64,000 bases of DNA from positions 2,885 through 66,884 of the forward strand of contig JACPNL010000019.1 of the NCBI GenBank assembly GCA_016185505.1. The letters are read 5' to 3'. Source of the stretch: Candidatus Yanofskybacteria bacterium. Its GTDB lineage: Bacteria > Patescibacteriota > Minisyncoccia > 2-02-FULL-40-12 > GWA2-44-9. Shown one piece after another: positions 1 to 7,859 of this stretch. Under the pieces are notes generated by a model. It saw nothing but the letters and a program-made list of their open reading frames with translations, did not search any database and was not told the origin of the DNA. The translations under genes and the position numbers were made by a program. Position 1 is the first letter of the stretch, and every line of letters begins with the position of its first letter.

Positions 1-84
1 TTTGTTGAGATTATTAAACCATATATATTGCCATCAATGAGATACAAGTTGGGAATATTAGGAACACAATTGCCTAAAAAGTAA
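1..84 (+). CDS. 3' end of an intron-encoded LAGLIDADG homing endonuclease (partial; starts upstream of the window)
   Basis: Frame-1 translation FVEIIKPYILPSMRYKLGILGTQLPKK* matches the C-terminal ...IGPYIIPSMIYKL... of the two LAGLIDADG ORFs at 518 and 1422, implying a further upstream intron in the 23S gene. Confidence 0.45.
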   Translation, partial: FVEIIKPYILPSMRYKLGILGTQLPKK

Positions 85-414
85 TGGAGGCGTTCATCAA
101 GGTCGGCTAGCTTCGGATGGACATCGAAGCGATAGCGTAAAGGCAAAAGCCGGCTTAACTGCAAGGCGGATGTGCCGCGCTTCGAAGGGCAACCTTCGAA
201 GATGTGTGGAGAGGGCCTTCTTATGCTGGATTATGAGGTGCTTGCACTTCGTAGCTTTAGCGAAGAAGTGAGATGCGAAAGCAGGACTTAGTGAACCGAC
301 TCTAGCTCGTAGGAGCGGAGAAGATCATCAGATAAAAGCTACCCCGGGGATAACAGGCTGGTACCACCCGAGCGTTCCTAGCGACGGTGGTGTTCGGCAC
401 CTCGATGTCGGCTC

Positions 415-1296
415 AAATTGGGCCGTACTCGAAGTAATTCGAGTTGGTAAGTTGGATTCCAATTTGCAACTTCAGCTAAAAACGGTGAAGTCATAATAAA
501 GTCAACCCAGATGTGTTATGATAATACCGTGGGAAGTAAGAGAAACTTTATACAGTATGCTATTATCACAAAGACAAACAGATATACTCATTGGTACAAT
601 TTTAGGCGACGGCCATTTGGAGAAAAATGGCCACGGTGTTCGCTTAAAAGTGGGTCATGGTAAAAAACAAACAGAATATACTTATTGGAAATATTTTGAA
701 ATGAAAAACTTAACTCCAAGTCCGCCACGATCAGTTAAAGAGTTTCATAAAAGCAGAAAAATGTTTGATGAAAGTGTGCATTTCGCAACTTTTTCTGACC
801 TCGAGCTAGTAAAATGGCGTGATTTATTCTATGAAAGTGGCGTTAAAGCAATACCCAAAAATATAAGCGATATTCTAAGGTCGCCCTTATCGTTAGCAGT
901 TTGGTATATGGACGATGGCTATAAGAGAAATGACTGCAATGCCTTAAGAATAAGTACAGATTCTTTTTCTCTTAATGATCATCACTTATTGGTCAATTGT
1001 TTGGAAAAGAATTTTGAAATTAACGCCCAGATCCATAAAAAAGACAAGACCAATAATATTTATATACCCAATAAATTTACTAAAAAGTTTTGTGATATTG
1101 TTAGACCATATATTGTTGATAGTTTATTGTATAAAGTTTCTCTTGCCCCGTAACGACTTTGTTCTTAATGAACAGGATAATTAACGATGAAGCGAAAGTC
1201 GATGGTTAATTATAAAAGGCTGACACCCCCTAATTAAATTAAACTTAGTGGGTGAATGTATAGTCTACACTTCTAGTGATAGAAGATTATTGTGCG
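415..1296 (+). other. Group I intron 1 in 23S rRNA (after GATGTCGGCTC) carrying a LAGLIDADG ORF
   Basis: Exon sequence breaks at 414 and resumes at ~1299. Intron core motifs are shared with the other introns: AATACCGTGGGAAGT, CCCCGTAACGAC, TATAGTCTACAC...TAGTGATA. Boundaries are approximate. Confidence 0.6.
518..1153 (+). CDS. LAGLIDADG homing endonuclease (two-motif type)
   Basis: Motifs LIGTILGDGHL and AVWYMDDGYK. The ORF lies inside 23S intron 1. Confidence 0.8.
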   Translation: MIIPWEVRETLYSMLLSQRQTDILIGTILGDGHLEKNGHGVRLKVGHGKKQTEYTYWKYFEMKNLTPSPPRSVKEFHKSRKMFDESVHFATFSDLELVKWRDLFYESGVKAIPKNISDILRSPLSLAVWYMDDGYKRNDCNALRISTDSFSLNDHHLLVNCLEKNFEINAQIHKKDKTNNIYIPNKFTKKFCDIVRPYIVDSLLYKVSLAP

Positions 1297-1329
1297 GCTT
1301 ATCCTGGGGGTGAAGAAGCTCCCAAGGGT

Positions 1330-2187
1330 GAAAGAACAAACTCGCCCATCTAGAAGAGATTCTAGATAAAATAACCGACTAATAACGGTGGAGTCGTAAT
1401 TAAATTTATGTTAAAATTAATATGAATTTAAACGATAATACCGTGGGAAGTTTAAGGCAAAAAATAGATTTAAGCGATAGGGAAATGAGTGTTTTAATCG
1501 GCACCATTCTTGGCGATGCATATATTGAACAGTATCCCAAAGATGCTCGGATTAGTATTATGCATTCACTAAAACAAAAAGAATTTGTCGAATGGAAATA
1601 CAAAGAGTTGGGAAGATTCGTGAAAATGAAACCAATGCAGTCAGAATACTTTGATCCCAGATATGGTAAGAAGTATTTTTGGCGGAGGTTTCAGACTAGA
1701 AGATTTCCGGAATTTAAGGAATTGGCCGATATTTTCTACGTTGGAAAAACAAAAATTATTCCCCGTACTATCAGCCAAATATTAACACATCCATTAGCTC
1801 TCGCGGTTTGGTATATGGATGATGGCGGAAGAAGAAAGGACTGTCACGGAATGTTTTTGAACACATTAAGCTATTCAAAACAAGAACAGATAGTGCTACA
1901 AAAATGTCTCCTAAAAAACTTTGGAATTCACACAAGAATCCATTGGGTTACTGATGGATTCAGATTGTATATCCCAACGGCAGATGCTAAAAAATTCAGC
2001 ACTCTTATCGGTCCATATATTATCCCATCCATGATCTATAAATTACCTTATAACCCCGTAACGACTGAATCCGCCGGAATATGGCGGAGGAGATAGATTG
2101 AAATAATATCTATCAAACGTCGGGCCCGTCTCTCATGGAGAGCGGAGCAAGGTATAGTCTGTGCTCTTAGTAATAAGAGAAACACAC
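1330..2187 (+). other. Group I intron 2 in 23S rRNA (after CCCAAGGGT) carrying a LAGLIDADG ORF
   Basis: Exon breaks at ~1329 and resumes at ~2188 (GGCTGTTCGCC). Contains CGACTAATAACGGTGGAGTC and the TATAGTCTGTGCTCTTAGTAATAAGAG core. Confidence 0.55.
1422..2096 (+). CDS. LAGLIDADG homing endonuclease (two-motif type)
   Basis: Motifs LIGTILGDAYIE and AVWYMDDGGRR. Paralogous to the ORF at 518. Confidence 0.8.
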   Translation: MNLNDNTVGSLRQKIDLSDREMSVLIGTILGDAYIEQYPKDARISIMHSLKQKEFVEWKYKELGRFVKMKPMQSEYFDPRYGKKYFWRRFQTRRFPEFKELADIFYVGKTKIIPRTISQILTHPLALAVWYMDDGGRRKDCHGMFLNTLSYSKQEQIVLQKCLLKNFGIHTRIHWVTDGFRLYIPTADAKKFSTLIGPYIIPSMIYKLPYNPVTTESAGIWRRR

Positions 2188-2237
2188 GTTGGCTGTTCGC
2201 CAATTAAAAAGCTACGCGAGCTGGGTTCAGACCGTCC

Positions 2238-3018
2238 GATTACAAATCATCGGGGCGGCTCTGTCAAGTAATTGACAGATGTTAAATCGACTCATATCGG
2301 AGAAGTCCTATTGCTTCAAAACCAACCGAAGCAAGGGTAATTCCGAGGGAAGTCTTCCGTTCAAATTTTTGGAAAAGAAAAACCGCGATTATTTACTCGC
2401 GGGCGTGGTCGGCGATGGGCACTGTGCAATAGAAAGCATTATGCCACTCATATAAGCACCATTCCACGAAGAAGAAGGCAGTAAAGAAGAAGGCAATGAT
2501 AGATGGAAAAAATCTGCAGCATTCTCTGCGTCTTTATCAGATAAAGAAAAACTAGCCAGCTCTTTTTTGTCGATACTGATAGTAAATTTATAGTTCATCT
2601 TTCGTTGCCTATTGTAAATATTAAGAACTTGAATCAGGGTATTAAATTATTTAAATTTTGTCAATTAAAAATTGACTCCAAAAATTTGAACGGAATGACC
2701 CCGTAGAGACTTGTTGAGTTAAACTCAACGGACGAAATCTATAAATTTCGTAATATGTCGATCAACCATTGTTTTGCATTGGGAAACTCTAAATTCAAAA
2801 CCCTAAACTCTAAACAATATCAAATATCAAAATCTAAAACTCAAAACTTTTAAGATTTTAAATTTGTAATTTGTTTAGAAATTAGAAATTAGGATTTAGA
2901 AATTCCACTGCTTTGCAGTGGCTGGTGGTATAGTCCATACTCTTAGTAATAAGAGATGTTCAGAGTTCAGATTTCAGATATCGGACATCCGATATCTGAT
3001 TTCCGATGTCTGATTATG
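2238..3018 (+). other. Group I intron 3 in 23S rRNA, ORF-less and filled with low-complexity repeats
   Basis: Exon breaks after GACCGTC (2237) and resumes at CGTGAGACAG (3019). Shares the TATAGTCCATACTCTTAGTAATAAGAG core, but no LAGLIDADG ORF remains; instead it holds AT-rich tandem repeats and the palindrome CAGATATCGGACATCCGATATCTG. Confidence 0.5.
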
Positions 3019-3081
3019 CGTGAGACAGGTTGGTCCATATCTGGTGCGGGCGTTAATACTTGAGAGGAGTTGTCCCTAGTA

Positions 3082-3965
3082 AAGTATTGCTACTTCACGG
3101 AGTAATCCGTGATGACAACGCGACTAATAACGGTGGAATCTTAATATTTCTGGATCTGTTGATAGCCATAATTTCAATCGGTCCGTAAATTGTGGTACAA
3201 TTTACTTGAGGACCAGAAACTATTAAGACAATACCGTGGGAAGTCGATCTAAAATTGATCTAGCGTATATGGCCGGTTTTCTTGATGGAGACGGAAGCTT
3301 GATGTTCCAACTCAAGAAACGCAAAGACGGCAAAAAGAAATGGCGGTTTATGTGCACTGTCTGTTTTTATCAAGACAGCAGGCACGATAAGACACTTCAT
3401 TGGATAAGAAGCAAGCTAAATATTGGCTATGTGTCTAAACGCAATGATGGAATGTCAGAGTTGAGAGTAAATGGGTTTAAACAAATCCGAGATATTCTCA
3501 ATGACTTATTGCCATTTGTGAAGTTTAAAAGAGTCCAGGCAAATGCTATGCATAAAGCCACGACCCTTTTGAGCAAAAAGCATAGTGGTCAACTTAATAA
3601 AAATGAACTTATTAGATTAGTTGATTATATTCTAGAAATTCAGAAGAAGAACTATGTAACAAAACGCAAGAAAGGCAGAAAAGAGTTATTATCAATTTTG
3701 GGTTTGACCCCGTAACGACTTGTTCTCGCCAACGGCGGGACGGATAGAAGTTTTTTAGCTTCTATAATATGTCGCTGACCAATGGAGGTTGGAGATTAGA
3801 GATTGGATGTTGGATTTATTCTAACTTCTCATTTCTAACCTCTAACTTCCGTTGGTTAAAGATATAGTCTACACCCGTAGTGATACGGGATAATCAATTC
3901 GCAATTCGCGGCATTCGCATATCATTTGTAGATTTGCATTATGTTGCGAGCGGAGAGAGCATGTG
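3082..3965 (+). other. Group I intron 4 in 23S rRNA (at CCTAGTA^CGAGAGGACC) carrying a LAGLIDADG ORF
   Basis: Exon breaks at ~3081 and resumes at 3966 (ACGAGAGGACCGGG). Contains CGCGACTAATAACGGTGGAATC, CCCCGTAACGAC and a CTAACYTC repeat block at 3781-3860. Confidence 0.55.
3236..3715 (+). CDS. LAGLIDADG homing endonuclease (single-motif type)
   Basis: Motif LAYMAGFLDGDGSLMF. Starts directly after the conserved intron motif ATACCGTGGGAAGT (GTG start, or ATG at 3269). Confidence 0.7.
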   Translation: MGSRSKIDLAYMAGFLDGDGSLMFQLKKRKDGKKKWRFMCTVCFYQDSRHDKTLHWIRSKLNIGYVSKRNDGMSELRVNGFKQIRDILNDLLPFVKFKRVQANAMHKATTLLSKKHSGQLNKNELIRLVDYILEIQKKNYVTKRKKGRKELLSILGLTP

Positions 3966-4242
3966 ACGAGAGGACCGGGATGAACGAACCTCTGGTCTGC
4001 CAGCTGTTCTGCCAAGAGCAGCGCTGGGTAGCTATGTTTGGTTCTGATAAGCGCTGAAAGCATATAAGCGCGAAGCAGGCCTCAAGATTAGGTATCGGGA
4101 CGCAAGTCCCAAAATTTCCTTGTAGATGACGAGGTTGATAGGGCTTAGGTGTAAGCGCCGTGAGGCGTTGAGCCGAGAGCTACTAATAAATTTACTTTGA
4201 GTAATTTGTCGCTCCTCACTTTTGTTCGGAGCTCTTCCTACA

Positions 4243-4338
4243 AATTACGAATTTTTACAAATATACGAATGGGTTGAAAAATTTTAATTTAATCCTTCCT
4301 TCAGTATTCGTAAATTCGTACTGATTAGTAATTCGTAG
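4243..4338. repeat. TACGAAT / ATTCGTA repeat block in the 23S-5S spacer
   Basis: ATTACGAATTTTTACAAATATACGAATGGG ... TATTCGTAAATTCGTACTGATTAGTAATTCGTAG. The same motif family recurs at 23991, 28553 and 59885. Confidence 0.5.
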
Positions 4339-4460
4339 TAAAGGAGCCGCGAGCGGAAGCGAGGGGCGACGGGTGATTTCGGTATAAAATTAAGTTTTTT
4401 CCCCAAGAGTGAAACGAAGAGGGTGCGTTCCACCCCTTTCTGGAAAATAAAAATTATTGG

Positions 4461-4574
4461 CTTGGTGGCAATGCTGACGTTGTACTACCTGATCCCATTC
4501 CGAACTCAGAAGTAAAAGACGTCAAGGCCCATGATAGTCAGCATTAGCTGGCGAAAGTAGGTAGCCGCCAGACC
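4461..4574 (+). rRNA. rrf: 5S rRNA
   Basis: CTTGGTGGCAATGCTGACG...CCCATTCCGAACTCAGAAGTAAAAGACG...GGCGAAAGTAGGTAGCCGCCAGAC aligns with the bacterial 5S consensus. It is flanked by the inverted repeats CTGGAAAATAAAAATTATTGG / CCAATAATTTTTATTTTTATCCAG, which would form a processing stem. Confidence 0.8.
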
Positions 4575-4671
4575 AATAATTTTTATTTTTATCCAGAAAG
4601 CCCGTGAGTTTTTAACGGCTCCAGAGGACCTCCGCCTAAAACTCCCGCTTGAGTGAAGCAGTTCACTCGAG

Positions 4672-4806
4672 CCCCATTCCGAACCCGGAAGCGAAGTCCC
4701 GCACCAAATCCGCCCCCTTTCTGAATGGCGGTCAGCGGAAAAATTTGGTGCGGGATGAAATTCTCCAAGGCCCATGATAGTCGGCATCAGCCGGCGAAAG
4801 TAGTCC
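4672..4806 (+). other. Partial second 5S-like segment interrupted by a ~60-nt hairpin insertion
   Basis: CCCCATTCCGAACCCGGAAGCGAAGTCCCGCACC [insert with stem CCCGCACCAAAT/ATTTGGTGCGGG] AAGGCCCATGATAGTCGGCATCAGCCGGCGAAAGTAG parallels the 5S at 4461-4574 but lacks helix I. Confidence 0.4.
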
Positions 4807-4936
4807 CGATTTTCTTCCTGTCAAAGGCGGATTAGAAAATCGAGGATCCCCGATTTGTCATCTGCGCTTTGCGCAGGACAAATCGGGAGTAGCTGCCCTA
4901 TACTGACCGCGACTTTTTAGTTGTGTACATTAGTTG

Positions 4937-4966
4937 TTGACAGAAATTGAGTTGTGGATATAATTT
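4937..4966 (+). promoter_or_regulatory. Sigma70-like promoter (TTGACA-N17-ATAATT) plus an AAGGAGGA RBS at 4988
   Basis: GTTGACAGAAATTGAGTTGTGGATATAATTTG, followed by the RBS AAGGAGGA 6 nt before the ATG at 4999. Confidence 0.4.
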
Positions 4967-4998
4967 GCTAAAGATCCTTGAATTAACAAGGAGGATTC

Positions 4999-5274
4999 AT
5001 GGAAGAAAGGGCAGATCAGAGAGTTTCGGTAGAATTGCCGAAAGAGGTTGTCTTAAATTTCCGGGACCAATGTCATCGCGGCGCTCATCCCTGGAAGAAG
5101 ATTTTCGGGAGAATCCAGGGTTTCATGATGGCTGAAGTAGAAGTAGTGCGCTGGTGTCCAATTTGTGGCTCAGTTGTGATTGATCTTGAATGCGACGACA
5201 GAATCCAGCCGGGTGCTATCAGAAAGATTGAATCTTCGCAAATTTCCAGTCGAATGTCATACAAGGGCACATAG
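4999..5274 (+). CDS. Hypothetical small protein with a CxxC zinc-ribbon-like motif
   Basis: 91-aa ORF with a good RBS and the CPICGSV...C motif. No family recognised. Confidence 0.45.
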   Translation: MEERADQRVSVELPKEVVLNFRDQCHRGAHPWKKIFGRIQGFMMAEVEVVRWCPICGSVVIDLECDDRIQPGAIRKIESSQISSRMSYKGT

Positions 5275-5307
5275 CCCTTTTTTGTTTGAGTATGTTAGAA
5301 TAATGCT

Positions 5308-6114
5308 ATGGAACAACGGACTCAAAAGCAGTTAATTATCGGCCTTATTTTTGTTTTGATCATCGGCGTTATCGGCTATGGATTTGTTGACTATTTCTTT
5401 CTTACCGAGCCGACCTGTTTTGATAATGTCCAGAATGGTAAGGAAGATGGAGTTGATTGCGGCCTTTTTGCTTGCGGAGTTACCTGTGAACCAGCGATAG
5501 TACCTCTAAGCATAGTATCCCAGAAACTGATAGAAGTAAGGCCGGGGGATTACGACTTTATCGCCCAGATCCATAATCCTAACTCTTTGTTAGGCGCGTC
5601 AAGGGTCAGATATGAGCTGAATCTTGGCGCGGTTAAGACAACGGGCGCGTTTTTCATCCTTCCTGGACAAACTCGTTTTGTAATAATTCCGGGCATTCAT
5701 GCCGACGGCGGCGTATTAAGTGGTGCTTCTATTGATATCACTGAAGCGGAATGGCAGAAGGTTGAATCGTTTGAAAATATAAATTTTCCTGTCCAGAGAA
5801 AGAACTATACGGTGGTAGATAGGAACGGCGTTTTCAGCGAGCTTGAGGCGGTAATATTGAACAGTTCCGATTTTGATTTTGATAAAGTTGAAGTGGGAGT
5901 TATATTATTCTCGACTGGAGGAGAAATTGTCGCCGTCAATAGAACCGATATACGCACTTTTCTTTCCAGGACCGAAAGATCTTTCAAGGTAAGCTGGCCG
6001 GCAGAACTTCCAGAAAGTGTAAGGCAAGACATTGAGGTCTTAACTAATGTTTTCGAGAATGCTAATTTTATCCGGCGTTATGGGACACAGGAGAGGTTTC
6101 AAAAATACTACTAA
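5308..6114 (+). CDS. Hypothetical membrane-anchored protein
   Basis: 268 aa with an N-terminal TM helix LIIGLIFVLIIGVIGYGF. No recognised family. Confidence 0.5.
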   Translation: MEQRTQKQLIIGLIFVLIIGVIGYGFVDYFFLTEPTCFDNVQNGKEDGVDCGLFACGVTCEPAIVPLSIVSQKLIEVRPGDYDFIAQIHNPNSLLGASRVRYELNLGAVKTTGAFFILPGQTRFVIIPGIHADGGVLSGASIDITEAEWQKVESFENINFPVQRKNYTVVDRNGVFSELEAVILNSSDFDFDKVEVGVILFSTGGEIVAVNRTDIRTFLSRTERSFKVSWPAELPESVRQDIEVLTNVFENANFIRRYGTQERFQKYY

Positions 6115-6121
6115 TCCGTTA

Positions 6122-6268
6122 TAAATTATTCTAATTGACCTAATTATTCTAATTATTCTAAAGAAATCCCAATATCAAAATGTCCAATGTCTAAAATTAT
6201 TTAGTTATTGGGTCATTAGGATTTATTTAGGTCAATTAGGTTAATTAGTATAATTAGAATAATTTTCA
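6122..6268. repeat. Dispersed palindromic intergenic element (TAATTATTCTAATT family), copy 1
   Basis: CTAATTATTCTAATTATTCTAAAG...GTCATTAGGATTTATTTAGGTCAATTAGGTTAATTAGTATAATTAGAATAATT. Near-identical copies lie at 29817-29957 and 46100-46350. Confidence 0.6.
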
Positions 6269-6294
6269 GATGATTACATTCGACTACTGTATTT

Positions 6295-7392
6295 ATGGCA
6301 AACTTTTCAAAAAACATAAGGTCTTATTTCCGCGAAGTAGATACTCCGCTCTTTATCGCAGTGGTAGCAATTTCTTTATTGGGTGCTTTGAATTTGTGGG
6401 GTATTGCCGGCGCCGATAGTTTGCTTTTTAAAAAACAACTCGTTTTTATTGCCATCGGCTTGACTGTAATGTTGGCGCTGTCTTTCTTTAACTACAGGTA
6501 TCTTAAGAATTATTCCTTGCCGGTGCTGGGCTTTTACTTCGTTTCCGTATTCTTATTGCTTTTGACTTTTTATTCCCAGTCGGTACGGGGAGTCAACTCT
6601 TGGATAATTTTGGGCAGTTTGACGTTCGAGCCGGTGGAATTGGCCAAGTTGATGTTGATCGTGTTGATGGCCAAGTACTTTTCCCAGAGACACGTTCATA
6701 TAAATGATTTCCGCCATATAGTCGTGGCCGGAATATATTTCTCTTTGCCTTTTGCTATAATCTTTCTTCAGCCGGATCTTGGTTCTTCCATTATATTCTT
6801 GGCTATCTGGCTGGGAATGCTTATGGCTGCCGGTATAAATAAGCGCCACTTGTTTCTGCTCGTCTCCGTCGGGGTTTTGGTAGGATATACAGCATGGCTG
6901 TTTGCTCTCCAGCCGTATCAGAAGACGAGGATAACGTCATTTCTGGATCCCTATAACGATCCAAAAGGGAGCGGTTATAATATCATTCAGTCAAAAATAG
7001 CGATCGGTTCCGGATATTTTTTCGGTAACGGTTTTGGCCAAGGTTCTCAAAGTAAGCATGGTTTCTTGCCGGAGCCACACAATGATTTCGCCTTTGCCGC
7101 CTTTACGGAGCAATTCGGCCTTATGGGCATAAGCGCGGTTATGGTGATGGTTCTAATCATCATTTCCCGTATTCTTTATATCGGGTCTAGAGTCATTTCT
7201 AATTTCGGTAAGCTTTTTTCCATAGGCCTTGCCGTGTTCATTGGCTCCCACGTATTCATAAGCGCCGGGGTCAACATAGGGTTGCTTCCGGTAACAGGGC
7301 TTTCCTTTTCGTTCTTAAGTTACGGCGGTAGCCACCTTTTGTCACTTATGGTAGGACTGGGAATACTACAGAGCATCAAACGTTATGGGTAA
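6295..7392 (+). CDS. ftsW: SEDS-family peptidoglycan glycosyltransferase FtsW/RodA
   Basis: 10-TM protein with the SEDS-family motifs LQPDLGS and GYNIIQSKIAIGSGYFFGNGFGQGSQSKHGFLPEPHNDFAFAAFTEQFGLMG. Confidence 0.85.
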   Translation: MANFSKNIRSYFREVDTPLFIAVVAISLLGALNLWGIAGADSLLFKKQLVFIAIGLTVMLALSFFNYRYLKNYSLPVLGFYFVSVFLLLLTFYSQSVRGVNSWIILGSLTFEPVELAKLMLIVLMAKYFSQRHVHINDFRHIVVAGIYFSLPFAIIFLQPDLGSSIIFLAIWLGMLMAAGINKRHLFLLVSVGVLVGYTAWLFALQPYQKTRITSFLDPYNDPKGSGYNIIQSKIAIGSGYFFGNGFGQGSQSKHGFLPEPHNDFAFAAFTEQFGLMGISAVMVMVLIIISRILYIGSRVISNFGKLFSIGLAVFIGSHVFISAGVNIGLLPVTGLSFSFLSYGGSHLLSLMVGLGILQSIKRYG

Positions 7393-7859
7393 TACCGCAT
7401 TTGACAGTGGGTCAAGATTTTGATATTCTGTTGACAGCAGTACTTGACAAGTTTTTACAGAGTAATAAAATAGAAAGATTGTCTTTAAAAAGCGGCCAAG
7501 TATGCGGGGAAATGGCCTCCGGAGCCATTTTGGGCATGATATTGAAAACCATAGCCGAAGCGCTATAAAAATAAGAAATCGAGAAATGAATCGCAGAAAC
7601 ACAGAAGGAACGGAAGACGCGGAACAGGAAAGAAATTAAGATATTAAGAAATAGAGAAATTAATAAGCAAAATATCGTAAAAAGATATCTTAATTTCTAA
7701 ATTTCTTAGTTTCTAAGTTTCTGATTTTCTTGTCTCCCCATTTTAATTAAAATTTAATAAAAATATTAGTAACGCTGTAAAGTAGCGGATTTGTTTTGTT
7801 GCCACAAATTTTCACACTGACAGATACGGACAGGAAACGGACAATAACTGACAACTAAA

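Larger units (their letters stand above)
1..4200 (+). rRNA. rrl: 23S rRNA, 3' portion (domains V-VI), interrupted by four complete group I introns in the window plus one upstream intron that is only partly in it
   Basis: Exon blocks match the E. coli 23S core: GGATAACAGGCTGGTACC...CCTCGATGTCGGCTC (ends 414); TTATCCTGGGGGTGAAGAAGCTCCCAAGGGT (~1299-1329); GGCTGTTCGCCAATTAAAAAGCTACGCGAGCTGGGTTCAGACCGTC (2191-2237); CGTGAGACAGGTTGGTCC...CCTAGTA (3019-3081); ACGAGAGGACCGGGATGAACG... to the 3' end (~3966-4200). An extra helix expansion lies at ~130-250. Confidence 0.85.

Noticed and set aside
1297-1335. Reading 1261-1335 as one continuous stretch of intron
   Set aside because: The segment TTATCCTGGGGGTGAAGAAGCTCCCAAGGGT matches the 23S exon sequence between the two insertion sites, so it is treated as a short exon between introns 1 and 2. 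The exact boundaries remain approximate.
2389-2598. 69-aa minus-strand ORF inside 23S intron 3
   Set aside because: No LAGLIDADG or other motif and wrong strand for an intron ORF; it lies in low-complexity repeat sequence.
4506-5135. ORFs 4506-4787 (-) and 4947-5135 (+) around the 5S region
   Set aside because: They overlap the 5S rRNA and its duplicate or the promoter; the downstream ORF 4999-5274 with a clear RBS is preferred.
6122-6268. CRISPR array among the many repeats (TAATTATTCTAATT, AAAATGTAAAATG, TTAAGAAATAGAGAAAT, CTCCTAA families)
   Set aside because: The repeats are AT-rich, irregular in length and spacing, partly palindromic or tandem with no unique spacers, and no cas genes are present.
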